This document shows positions 34,602 to 44,037 of a stretch of DNA of 64,000 nucleotides, one piece after another; the stretch's first letter is position 1; each line of letters begins with the position of its first letter. The position numbers were made by a program, and so were the translations under genes. The notes beneath the pieces are model-generated. The model was not told where the DNA came from. It worked only from the letters and a program-made list of their open reading frames with translations, and did not search any database. Source of the DNA: an uncultured cyanobacterium (GTDB lineage: Bacteria; Cyanobacteriota; Cyanobacteriia; Cyanobacteriales; Nostocaceae); the NCBI GenBank assembly GCA_963706595.1, contig OY970166.1:1024001-1088000 (forward strand). The letters are read 5' to 3'.

Positions 34602-35225
34602 TTACAAATTACTTCCTACTTGAAAAATTTGATCCACAGTCAAATTTAACTCTGGGAACACTGGCGATTGAATGCAATCGCTTCCCCGAAACTGGCTAAC
34701 TTGATACTCACCTTCAATGAGTTGGTATACAGAAATAGTCGGTTGTTTGGGATTACCGATAAATTTTCTTCCCCCTAAAGCTAGATAATCCACTACCCAA
34801 TATTCAGGAATACCCATTTCCTCGTAATCAGCTAACTTTTTGTAGTAATCATCTCGCCAATTACTACTAACCACTTCAATCACCAATGGCGCTGATGCAC
34901 CTTGAGTAACAGTTGATTGTTTTTTCCACAACTCTTCATTTACCAAATTAGCCCGGTTCAATATCAAAACATCTGGTAAATAAGCTGATTCGCTTTCAGG
35001 TGGTTTAACTAATGCTTGTTTAGGGATAGTATAGGGAAGATCCAATCTGTCAAATTCTACAGTGATTTTTCTGGCTAAAAACCCTGTAACTTCTTCATGT
35101 TCTCCTAATGGTTGTGGCATTTCAAAAATTACTCCATCATGTAATTCATAGCGTCTACCTTCAGGTTTCCACTCGACAAACTCTGCATAAGTTACTACTT
35201 TGGGTTTGGTTATGGCTTGAGTCAT
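34602..35225 (-). CDS. Uma2 family endonuclease
   Basis: YELHDG, PDV, LVIEVVS, GIPEYWVVD. Confidence 0.92.
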   Translation of the reverse strand: MTQAITKPKVVTYAEFVEWKPEGRRYELHDGVIFEMPQPLGEHEEVTGFLARKITVEFDRLDLPYTIPKQALVKPPESESAYLPDVLILNRANLVNEELWKKQSTVTQGASAPLVIEVVSSNWRDDYYKKLADYEEMGIPEYWVVDYLALGGRKFIGNPKQPTISVYQLIEGEYQVSQFRGSDCIQSPVFPELNLTVDQIFQVGSNL

Positions 35226-35442
35226 AAAACCTCATCTATCAGTTAACAGTTAACAGTTATCAGTTAAGTGAGATACAAGAACCCCACCCCCAACCCCCTC
35301 CCCGCAAGCGAGGAGGGGGCTATGATGTACTTCATTGAAGTCGATACCGCTATATCAGTGAACAGTGAACAGTTATCAAGTATATGTAGGGTGTGTTTCA
35401 TAAATCCAATATGAGTCCTATAACTGATAACTGATAACTGAT

Positions 35443-36270
35443 TTAAACTTTTGTGCGGTCTGTCAAAATTTCGTAACCTGTTTCTGTCACCAAGACTGTA
35501 TGCTCAAACTGGGCGGATAGGGAATTATCTACAGTTACAGCCGTCCATCTGTCAGATAATATTCTGGTGTGCTTAGAACCTGCATTCAAAATTGGTTCAA
35601 TTGCTAAGGTCATCCCGGCGCGAAGTTTCACATTGGGCATTTCGCGGGTGCGGAAGTTGAAAACTGATGGTTCTTCGTGTAAATTCCGACCAACACCATG
35701 TCCGGTAAATTCTTCAACTACACTGAAACCATTACCTTTTACATGGTCTTCTATTGCTCCTGCCAAGTCCAGCAAATAAGCGCCTGCTTTGACTTGTTCA
35801 ATACCTTTAAAAAGAGCTTCTTCAGCTATGCGAATTAATTTAGCAGCATCTGGTGTTACTTCACCCACGGCAATTGTAATGCAGGAATCACCATGAAAAC
35901 CTTGATAATAAGCACCTGTATCTACTTTTAATACATCCCCAGTGCGAATTACTTTCTTAGCATTGGGAATGCCATGCACGACTTCATTATTAATACTAGA
36001 GCAAATAGAACCCTTAAAACCGTGATATCCCTTAAAGCTGGGTGTAGCATCCATTTCGCGGATACGTTTTTCTGCATAAGCATCTAAATCTGCTGTACTC
36101 ATTCCTGGTTTTACCATTTCAGAAATTTCTTTGAGTACAGTAGCGACAATTTTTCCTGATTGCCGCATAATGTCAATTTCACGCGGCGATTTAATTTCAA
36201 TACCCCGACGTTGTTTTTGTGCAGGTTTAGGCTGGGTTTTTTGAGCAAGCAAATTAGTGAGAATGTTCAT
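35443..36270 (-). CDS. map: type I methionine aminopeptidase
   Basis: [28 protein letters not shown]. Confidence 0.96.
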   Translation of the reverse strand: MNILTNLLAQKTQPKPAQKQRRGIEIKSPREIDIMRQSGKIVATVLKEISEMVKPGMSTADLDAYAEKRIREMDATPSFKGYHGFKGSICSSINNEVVHGIPNAKKVIRTGDVLKVDTGAYYQGFHGDSCITIAVGEVTPDAAKLIRIAEEALFKGIEQVKAGAYLLDLAGAIEDHVKGNGFSVVEEFTGHGVGRNLHEEPSVFNFRTREMPNVKLRAGMTLAIEPILNAGSKHTRILSDRWTAVTVDNSLSAQFEHTVLVTETGYEILTDRTKV

Positions 36271-36426
36271 GGGGAGTGAATAATTACTGATGTTTTACTA
36301 CTACAATCGCCGGATTTTTTCTTAATTGAAAAACAATATCTATAATTTAAGTTAACGTATTTTTGCTCCAGGCTCTGCTAATTCTGGGGACGGTTGACGA
36401 TTGACTGGGCTTTTCCCCACTCCCCC

Positions 36427-36475
36427 GGTTACTGAGCGACTTGTACTGAGCGAAGTCGAAGTAAGTCGAAGTAAC
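36427..36475. repeat. small dispersed repeat with a self-nested copy, inside a CCCCACT tract
   Basis: GGTTACTGAGCGA[CTTGTACTGAGCGAAGTCGAAGTA]AGTCGAAGTAAC. Confidence 0.7.
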
Positions 36476-36482
36476 TCCCCAC

Positions 36483-36992
36483 TCATCGGATAGCAATTTC
36501 ACCAATCATACCTGCTTCTGTATGTCCTGGGATGGAACAGTGCAATTTATAGCTTCCTGGTTTCATGGGTACAAACACCCATTCTGCTTCACCACCTGGC
36601 TTGAGTTCTAGTTCATGAATTGCGCCTTTAACTTCTACTTTGCCTGCTTGGACTTTTTGTGTCCAGATACCATCGGCAAAGTCTTTGGCGGTGAAATAAT
36701 GCTTCAATTGGCTGGGATTATTCAGGCGCAGTAGATAGCGTTTACCGGGGACAAATTCTAAATAATCGGGTTCAAACTTGAGTTCGTTAGCAGAATTACC
36801 TAAACTAATTGTAATTTCTGTGGCTGGTTGTTTGAGTAAATTGTCTGGAGAATTAGCGGCGATCGCCTGCTCATTACTCCCAAAACCCAGGCACAGTAAC
36901 AAAAATACTACAGTTAATCGCCGAATTGTTTGCAGCCTAGCCAGAATAAACGGGTATAAAATTTTTTGAATTTCTTTAAATAACCAAGTCAT
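36483..36992 (-). CDS. cupredoxin / plastocyanin-azurin family protein
   Basis: C-terminal CSIPGHTEAGM copper ligands and an export signal. Confidence 0.88.
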   Translation of the reverse strand: MTWLFKEIQKILYPFILARLQTIRRLTVVFLLLCLGFGSNEQAIAANSPDNLLKQPATEITISLGNSANELKFEPDYLEFVPGKRYLLRLNNPSQLKHYFTAKDFADGIWTQKVQAGKVEVKGAIHELELKPGGEAEWVFVPMKPGSYKLHCSIPGHTEAGMIGEIAIR

Positions 36993-37012
36993 TATTATTC
37001 AGTAGTCCTCAA

Positions 37013-37447
37013 TTACGAATTATTAATTGTAGCCATACACCTAATAAATTCTAAAGGTAAACCATCAGTATCAGCAATAAAAGCTACCTCCCAGATGCGA
37101 TCGCCTATTTGCTGCTGCGTCGGTTCTAATAGTATTTTCAGGGGTGGTAAATCTGCCACCGCATCTACACATAATTGTAAATTTGTCAACCAGCTAGGTA
37201 AATCTGATGTAATATCAGTTAAATCAAAAGACAGATGATAATAGCCCACATAATGTTCATCTGTAAACGCATCCGGGGCTGGTTTCGGTTCAGGAATTTG
37301 GATTAATTCAATTCTGCCATTTAGCCCTTCCATCCAGCAAGCCAGAGTATAACCTGTGGTGAAGCGTTCACAAACTGTAAAGCCTAATTGTTCATAAAAG
37401 GCGATCGCGCGATGAATATTCGCAGTCCGAATCGAAGCATGGTGCAT
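37013..37447 (-). CDS. VOC family protein
   Basis: MHHASIRT, YYHLSF, FIADTDGLPLEF. Confidence 0.85.
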   Translation of the reverse strand: MHHASIRTANIHRAIAFYEQLGFTVCERFTTGYTLACWMEGLNGRIELIQIPEPKPAPDAFTDEHYVGYYHLSFDLTDITSDLPSWLTNLQLCVDAVADLPPLKILLEPTQQQIGDRIWEVAFIADTDGLPLEFIRCMATINNS

Positions 37448-37581
37448 AATTTAGTCATTAGTCATTAGTCACTAGTCATTAGTCATTATTGCTCCCCTCC
37501 TCGCTTGCGGGGAGGGGCTGGGGGTGGGGTGATTGATTTAATAGCCACTGGGTTTATACTCAGCACTCAGCACTTCCCACC

Positions 37582-38094
37582 TTACTCAAACAAGCGAAAA
37601 TAAGGATAACGTACAGGGACACCAGGCTCTTTTTCCAAATCAAAATTAATCACATCCCAACAAGGATCTTCCCCACCATCTGGACTAAAATCCACAGGCA
37701 GTCCGTATAATCTTGCATAGGTAGTTTCCGGCTGTCCAGAACGCCAAGGAGTGCTGCGTTCTAAATAGCCACTCATCATTTCCTGATAACGTGCAGCAAT
37801 AATTACTCGTGTTGCTCTGTAACCTTGAGTGTATAGCTTATCCAGTGCCTCGTGGATTTCAAAGCGAATCCCATCAGGATGGGTATGCTGTCTATACCAA
37901 TCATTATTCCAACGTCGCCAATGACGACCCGACTGTAGATGAACTAACTCTTCAGTTTTAGGGTCAGCCTCAAAAGCACCGTGTCGGGGACACAAATAGG
38001 TATCTGTTAGTGTCAACGCCGGAATAGTCTGACGACAGTGGGGACACTGAATGTCAGGGCCAAATATAGGGTACTGCAAGCCTGGATTCATCAT
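37582..38094 (-). CDS. TIGR02652-like conserved cyanobacterial protein
   Basis: CPHCR..CPRHG, RQHTHPDGIRFEIHEALD. Confidence 0.8.
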   Translation of the reverse strand: MMNPGLQYPIFGPDIQCPHCRQTIPALTLTDTYLCPRHGAFEADPKTEELVHLQSGRHWRRWNNDWYRQHTHPDGIRFEIHEALDKLYTQGYRATRVIIAARYQEMMSGYLERSTPWRSGQPETTYARLYGLPVDFSPDGGEDPCWDVINFDLEKEPGVPVRYPYFRLFE

Positions 38095-38332
38095 GAAGTG
38101 CGTACAAACATAGTTTCGTCTTCACCAGCACCAGTGAGTTGAATTTTACAATTCGGCTTCTCTATTTTCAAGGCTGGCTCGTTGCTGCAAAGAAACGGAG
38201 TTACAGCATGAGCAATTTTCACTAGCATCAGACTCAGTTGAGAGACCTGACACCGTGATATCCTGGTTGTGCAACCAGCCTCAAACGTGAGAGTTTCAAA
38301 GAGTTTCCTGGGTACCATATTCATATTCTATC

Positions 38333-38863
38333 GTGTCTACAGTTTCTTACTGGCCATCTCCCGATTTTTCTCAAGCAGTCTTCATTGCAGCCAACGCTGT
38401 CATCATCGGTTCGGTAAACATTCAAGCCGGGGCGAGCATCTGGTATGGTGCAGTCGTGAGGGGAGATGTAGAACGAATTGATCTTGGCGAATGTACAAAC
38501 ATTCAGGATGGGGCAGTTTTACATGGTGATCCAGGTTTGCCCACAATTTTAGAAGATCATGTCACCGTCGGGCATCGTGCTGTCATTCATTCCGCCTACA
38601 TTGAACGTGGCTGCTTAATTGGCATTGGGGCGATTATTTTAGATGGGGTCAGAGTCGGTCATGGTAGTATTATTGGAGCTGGCTCAGTCGTCACTAAAAA
38701 CATTCCCCCCCACTCGCTGGTTGTGGGTGTTCCCGGTAAAGTATTGCGCCAAATTTCCGCAGAGGAAGCCGCAGAATTGATCGAACACGCCGAACGTTAC
38801 AAAAAGTTAGCTTTGGTTCATGCGGGAAAAGGAAATGATCTCGGCTTTCACCCAAAGAAATAG
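38333..38863 (+). CDS. gamma carbonic anhydrase family protein
   Basis: Hexapeptide repeats, RGD, NIQD..LH, VGH..IH. Confidence 0.9.
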   Translation: MSTVSYWPSPDFSQAVFIAANAVIIGSVNIQAGASIWYGAVVRGDVERIDLGECTNIQDGAVLHGDPGLPTILEDHVTVGHRAVIHSAYIERGCLIGIGAIILDGVRVGHGSIIGAGSVVTKNIPPHSLVVGVPGKVLRQISAEEAAELIEHAERYKKLALVHAGKGNDLGFHPKK

Positions 38864-38954
38864 CTCAAAACATTGTAATATAACTATATATTGGTCAGGT
38901 AACACCAGACAATAAATAAGACTTTTATTTTCACTTAAAAGAGGGGTTCTAGAA

Positions 38955-39080
38955 ATGGATATCGATTACCGTATTGCCATCGTTGTTGCACCAATTGCCA
39001 TTGCTGGTGCTTGGGCTGCTTTTAACATTGGAGCCGCAGCTTTAAGACAAGTGCAAAACTTTTTGAACAAAGAAGCATAA
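38955..39080 (+). CDS. psbY: photosystem II protein Y (not in the ORF track)
   Basis: Translates [48 protein letters not shown] upstream. Confidence 0.92.
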   Translation: MDIDYRIAIVVAPIAIAGAWAAFNIGAAALRQVQNFLNKEA

Positions 39081-39101
39081 GCTTAATCACAATCATCCAT
39101 C

Positions 39102-39141
39102 TAAAACCGGCTGTTTCTCTAATCAAGGGAAGCCGGTTTTA
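39102..39141 (+). terminator. intrinsic terminator after psbY
   Basis: TAAAACCGGCT...AGCCGGTTTTA stem with U-tract. Confidence 0.7.
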
Positions 39142-39244
39142 TTGCAAAGTGCTGAGTGCTTATTCCTAACTAAGCCTCTTCTCCCCTGCCCCCTGCCCCC
39201 TGCCCCCCTGCTTCTTCTCCCCTGCCCCCCTGCCTCTTCTGCTT

Positions 39245-40507
39245 GTGGATATCAACTCTTTACTCCAACCCTTTGGGCGTTTCGGCGTTAATTTAGGACT
39301 GTCGCGCATTATCAAACTGTTGGCAAATCTCGGCAACCCTCACCAGCAAGTTCCAGTCATTCATGTTGCCGGCACTAACGGCAAAGGTTCGGTTTGTGCT
39401 TATCTTGACTCTATACTGACTGAGGCTGGTTATCGTACAGGATGTTATACCTCTCCTCATTTAGTCCATTGGACAGAACGCATTAGCATCAACAAACAGC
39501 CAATTTCCTCTGAGGAATTTAGCCAATTAATCTTACAAGTTCAAGACGCTATTCAACCTGATGATGAGTACCCGACTCAGTTTGAAGTGATTACCGCAGC
39601 TGCTTGGTTGTATTTTGCTCAAGCTCAAGTTGATGTGGCTGTGGTAGAGGTGGGTTTAGGCGGGCGCTTGGATGCGACTAATGTTTGTGAGCAGCCGTTA
39701 GTGACAATAGTTACATCAATTAGCCGTGAACACTGGCAGCAATTAGGACCGACTGTAGCTGATATTGCTAGAGAAAAAGCTGGTATTCTGAAATCAGGAT
39801 GTCCGGTGATAGTTGGGCAGTTGCCACCAGAGGCGGAAAATGTGGTGCGATCGCGCGCCCAAGAATTACAATGCTCATATATTAAGCCTCAACCTGCCCA
39901 TCAAATATCTCCCAGATGGGCTGAGTATAAAACTATTAAAAATTCTCACATCCTTAAATATCCTCTACCATTACATGGGCAAATACAATTAACTAATTCT
40001 GCCTTGGCTTTAGCTGCTGTAGAAATTCTCCAAAACACAGGTTGGGAGATTTGTCAAGAGTCCATTGTGAATGGTATGAGCAAAACTCAATGGCCGGGGC
40101 GAATGCAATGGGTGAGTTGGAAACAACAAAAATTATTAATTGATGGCGCTCATAACCCAGCCGCAGCCCACGCACTGCGAGATTATATAGATAGCTTAGA
40201 CACCCCTAAAATAACTTGGGTGATGGGAATGCTTTCTACTAAAGAGCATAAAGATATTTTTCAAGCTTTGTTGCGCTCATCGCATGACCAATTATATCTC
40301 GTCCCAGTACCAGATCACAGTTCAGCCAATCCTCTGGAATTAGCCAAAATAGCTCGTGAAACCTGTCCAGAATTATCAGTGTGTGAAACTCATCCAGATT
40401 TATCATCAGCCCTAGAAGCAGCATTCACTTCCACAAATCATCAAGTTGTTTTGTGTGGTTCCCTTTACCTAATCGGGCATTTTTTCACAACTTTGCCCTC
40501 AAAGTAA
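39245..40507 (+). CDS. folC: folylpolyglutamate/dihydrofolate synthase
   Basis: HVAGTNGKGS, EVGLGGRLDATN, DGAHN, CGSLYL. Confidence 0.95.
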   Translation: MDINSLLQPFGRFGVNLGLSRIIKLLANLGNPHQQVPVIHVAGTNGKGSVCAYLDSILTEAGYRTGCYTSPHLVHWTERISINKQPISSEEFSQLILQVQDAIQPDDEYPTQFEVITAAAWLYFAQAQVDVAVVEVGLGGRLDATNVCEQPLVTIVTSISREHWQQLGPTVADIAREKAGILKSGCPVIVGQLPPEAENVVRSRAQELQCSYIKPQPAHQISPRWAEYKTIKNSHILKYPLPLHGQIQLTNSALALAAVEILQNTGWEICQESIVNGMSKTQWPGRMQWVSWKQQKLLIDGAHNPAAAHALRDYIDSLDTPKITWVMGMLSTKEHKDIFQALLRSSHDQLYLVPVPDHSSANPLELAKIARETCPELSVCETHPDLSSALEAAFTSTNHQVVLCGSLYLIGHFFTTLPSK

Positions 40508-40849
40508 CTTTGAACTCCGGGTTTTACCCCCCTTAATCCCCCCTTGCAAAGGCTACGGTGTACACACAAGTCTTGAATTGTCTGTTGTGTCATAAGACCC
40601 CACCCCTAGCCCCTCCCCGCAAGCGAGGAGGGGAACAAGATTTTTGATTAAATCTGGTTTTTAGGGCTGGAAACTCTCTTTGGGTCAGGATTTGTGTACA
40701 CTGTAGCTTGGAAAGGGGGGAGACCGGAAAATCTAGTTACCTCCCCTTTCCAAGGAACCACCGTGTACGTGTGTAGGGTGTGTTGTCGCGTAGCGCAACG
40801 CACCATCTTCAATTACTGGTGCGTTATGGACGTTAGTCCTAACGCACCC

Positions 40850-40958
40850 TACTAGCGTGGCAAGGCTAAAATGTTGCAATAGATTTTTGAGAAAATTCAG
40901 ATAAATCAATGTTTTCGGCTTTTTCCTAATGCACTACTTTAAGCTTGTCACGCCACTA
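40850..40958. mobile_element. 107-bp IS630-derived MITE at the CTAC end of a REP doublet
   Basis: Same sequence family as 9302-9517. TA junctions at both ends. Confidence 0.85.
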
Positions 40959-42209
40959 CTGGTGTGACAAGCTTAAAATGTTGCATTAGAATGGAGGAAA
41001 AAAAAGGAGAAATTGATGGGGAGAGGTCGGAGAGATAAAGTAATATTAGATACAGAAAAAAGACAAAGATTAGAAGCGATCGCGCGCAACGGATATGCCC
41101 CAGCCAAAAAAATATTGCACGCACAGGTGTTGTTAATGTGCGATGAGGGAGAGGGTGCAACGAAGAAATGGACAGATGAAGAAATAAGTATAGCCTTAAG
41201 GGTTCATCGCAATACGGTGGCAAGAATTAGGAAGAGGTTCCTTGAAAATGGAGAAGAACCTGCCTTAAATCGTTATCAGAGGTTAAAACCACCAAATCCC
41301 AGCAAAATAGATGGTTATACTGAAGCCCAAATCATCGCATTATGTTGTTCTGAACCTCCCACGGGGCAAGCACACTGGAGTCTAAGATTACTGACGCAAG
41401 AAATTCAAAACCGAAAAATTGTCATAGAAATTTCTAGGGAGACGATTAGAAAGACATTAAAAAAAACAAATTACGCCCCTGGAAAACAGAAAGATTTTGT
41501 ATTCCCGAACGGGATATAGCACGTTTTGTCTCTCAAATGGAAGTAGTTTTAGACCTCTACAGCCAAGAACATAGTGATTTGGAACCTTTAATCTGTATGG
41601 ATGAAGCTTCTAGACAATTAACAGGGCATCTTTATGAGCCAAAACCAATGGAACCGGGTGAAGATGCAAAAGAAGATTATCACTATACTCGCGAAGGAGT
41701 CCAAGCTTTGTTCATGTTTTTTGACCCAATCAGAGGTTGGCGACGTGTCAGCAATCGCGCTCATCGGACTCGTGTTGATTGGGCCGAAGAAGTCCGTCAA
41801 CTATTAGATGAAGACTATCCCCAAGCCACCAAGGTCAAATTGCTATGTGACAACCTCAACACTCATAGCATTGCATCGCTTTACGAAACTTTTCCCGCAC
41901 CAGAAGCTCACCGCTTGGCTAGAAGACTTGAGATTTATTACACTCCTCGCAATGGAAGCTGGCTCAATGTTGCCGAGATTGAATTAAGCGTTTTAAGCCA
42001 ACAGTGCCTAGACCGACGAATTCCTAGTATTTGTCAACTATCTACAGAATTGACCGCTTGGCAAAACGAACGTAACCGCACCGCAGGTAAAGTTATTTGG
42101 CGTTTTACTACTGATGATGCTCGTATCAAACTTAAACATCTTTACCCAGTGTTTGAAACTCACAAAATCGTTGATTCTAATGCACTATTTTAAGCTTGCC
42201 ACGCTACTA
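40957..42209 (+). mobile_element. IS630 family insertion sequence (about 1.25 kb, TA target)
   Basis: Imperfect TIRs of about 33 bp (TACTGGTGTGACAAGCTTAAAATGTTGCATTAGAA / TTCTAATGCACTATTTTAAGCTTGCCACGCTACTA) enclosing the transposase. Confidence 0.93.
41016..42193 (+). CDS. IS630 transposase split over two frames, joined by a -1 frameshift at A8 (41459-41466)
   Basis: OrfA HTH (HWSLRLL). The -1 frame reads KKNKLRPW..FCIP..MEVVLDLY into a DDE domain (CMDE, DNLNTH, SWLNVAEIE). Confidence 0.9.
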
Positions 42210-42316
42210 CTGGCGTGACAAGGCTAAAATGTTGCAATAGATTTTTGAGAAAATTGAGATAAATCAATGTTTTCTGCTTTTGCCTAATGCACTACTTTAA
42301 GCTTGCCACGCCACTA
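42208..42316. mobile_element. 107-bp IS630-derived MITE directly downstream of the IS630
   Basis: TA at 42208 and 42315. Same family as the other 107-bp copies. Confidence 0.85.
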
Positions 42317-42381
42317 GACTAAAAACTACTGGACTAAAAACAGAATTTAACCGGAAATCCAGTTCCCCTCCTCGCTTGCGG

Positions 42382-44002
42382 CTATCCATTACCCGCATCT
42401 TTCTTAACAATCCAACAAGATACTTAATATAAAGGGAAAAAGCTTGCTAAGTATAGTGTGGAGAGAACAGAATCGGGTAATGGAATCATGGAAAAGTGGG
42501 CAGCCAAGGAACTGTCTGGGGTAGACCTAGGAGACCTTCGTCGAAACAAGCGGTTAATCAAGATAGTAGAGGACTTAGCCGCACAGCCGGATAGCAGCGT
42601 ACCACAAGCGAGCGGAAATATGGCAGCAACCAAAGCGGCATATAACTTTTGGAAATCACCATATTTTCCCGCCAGTGAAATTCGTCAAGGGCATATAAAT
42701 AGCACAATCGAAAGAATCAAAGAACATCAAATAGTCTTAGCGATTCAAGACACAACAAACATAGATTTAACAGACCACCCCAAAACTAAAGGTGTGGGTT
42801 ATCTTGACCATCGTCAATCATCAGGATTGAAAGTACATTCAACATTTGCTGCCACAAGTAATGGAGTGCCGTTAGGAATTATTGAACAGCAGGTATGGGC
42901 TAGACCACCTGAAAATTTGGGCATAGCGAAAAAACGTCGTCAAAGGGAAACACTTTTAAAAGAAAGTCAGCGCTGGTTAGATGGATTAGAAGTCACACAA
43001 AGCTCAGTCCCATCAGAGATTCAAGTGGTGACAATAGGTGACTCAGAAGCAGACATATTTGACTTATTTAATCTCAAACGTTCAGAAAATTCCCATTTGT
43101 TAATTCGTGGGACTCACAACCGCAAAGTTGACCATTGTGCGAAATATCTACATCTTGCAATCCGCCAAATTGAACCCAATGGAACACTGACAGCAGAGGT
43201 CAAACGCAGTCCAGAACATAGTGCTAGAAAAGCGATACTTACAATTCGATTCACTAGTGTTGATATCCAAGTCCCATTACATCACATCGGGCGTTCACAG
43301 CTAAAACCTGTCAAGTTACAAGTAATTCTGGCATCAGAAGATCATCCACCACCCGGAGTCAATCCTATTAGTTGGTTATTGCTCACCAGCCTTGAGATTC
43401 ATAACTTAGAAGATGCCGCGCGTTGTGTGCAATGGTACACCTATCGTTGGTTGATAGAACGCTATCATTACACTCTAAAGAGTGGGTGTAGAATTGAACA
43501 ATTACAATTGTCCACTGCTGACCGCATCAATATGGCACTAGCCACTTATTCTGTTGTCGCTTGGCGTTTATTATGGCTAACTTACTCCTCACGAGTTCAC
43601 CCTGATTTATCCTCTGATGCTGTTTTAGAAACTGATGAATGGCAATCTTTATGTGCCACTGTCAACAAAAATCCCACCCCACCAAAAAAACCTCCATCTT
43701 TACGAGAAGCGGTGCGAATGATTGCCACTCTCGGCGGCTTTCTGGCTCGCAAGGGAGATGGTGAGCCGGGAGTTAAAACTATTTGGCGGGGTTTACGGCG
43801 ATTACACGATATCGCCGCTACCTGGAAACTTCTCCATTCCCACTCCCCATCTGATGTTTCTGGTTAACGATCGCATCCCAATATAGATATATTCATTTTC
43901 ATGTTTTGTCTAGTTTGTCAACCATCCCCTCTCATGGAAGCTATGTCATCCCCACACAGTCTGCTTTACAGCCATGTTAAGAAAGATGTGGGTAATGGAT
44001 AG
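42382..44002 (+). mobile_element. IS4 family (IS50/Tn5-like) insertion sequence, 1621 bp
   Basis: 28-bp TIRs CTATCCATTACCC(G/A)CATCTTTCTTAACA with 1 mismatch. 10-bp direct repeat TCGCTTGCGG at 42372-42381 and 44003-44012. Confidence 0.95.
42488..43867 (+). CDS. IS4 family transposase
   Basis: LGDLRRNKRL, IQDTT, Y..RW.IERYHYTLKSG (YREK), LGGFLARKGDGEPG. Confidence 0.95.
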   Translation: MEKWAAKELSGVDLGDLRRNKRLIKIVEDLAAQPDSSVPQASGNMAATKAAYNFWKSPYFPASEIRQGHINSTIERIKEHQIVLAIQDTTNIDLTDHPKTKGVGYLDHRQSSGLKVHSTFAATSNGVPLGIIEQQVWARPPENLGIAKKRRQRETLLKESQRWLDGLEVTQSSVPSEIQVVTIGDSEADIFDLFNLKRSENSHLLIRGTHNRKVDHCAKYLHLAIRQIEPNGTLTAEVKRSPEHSARKAILTIRFTSVDIQVPLHHIGRSQLKPVKLQVILASEDHPPPGVNPISWLLLTSLEIHNLEDAARCVQWYTYRWLIERYHYTLKSGCRIEQLQLSTADRINMALATYSVVAWRLLWLTYSSRVHPDLSSDAVLETDEWQSLCATVNKNPTPPKKPPSLREAVRMIATLGGFLARKGDGEPGVKTIWRGLRRLHDIAATWKLLHSHSPSDVSG

Positions 44003-44037
44003 TCGCTTGCGGGGAGGGGTTAGGGGTGGGGTCTTAT

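Noticed and set aside
34602..35225. Uma2 nuclease as part of a defence system
   Set aside because: It is a solitary member of a family that is highly expanded in cyanobacteria, with no partner genes adjacent.
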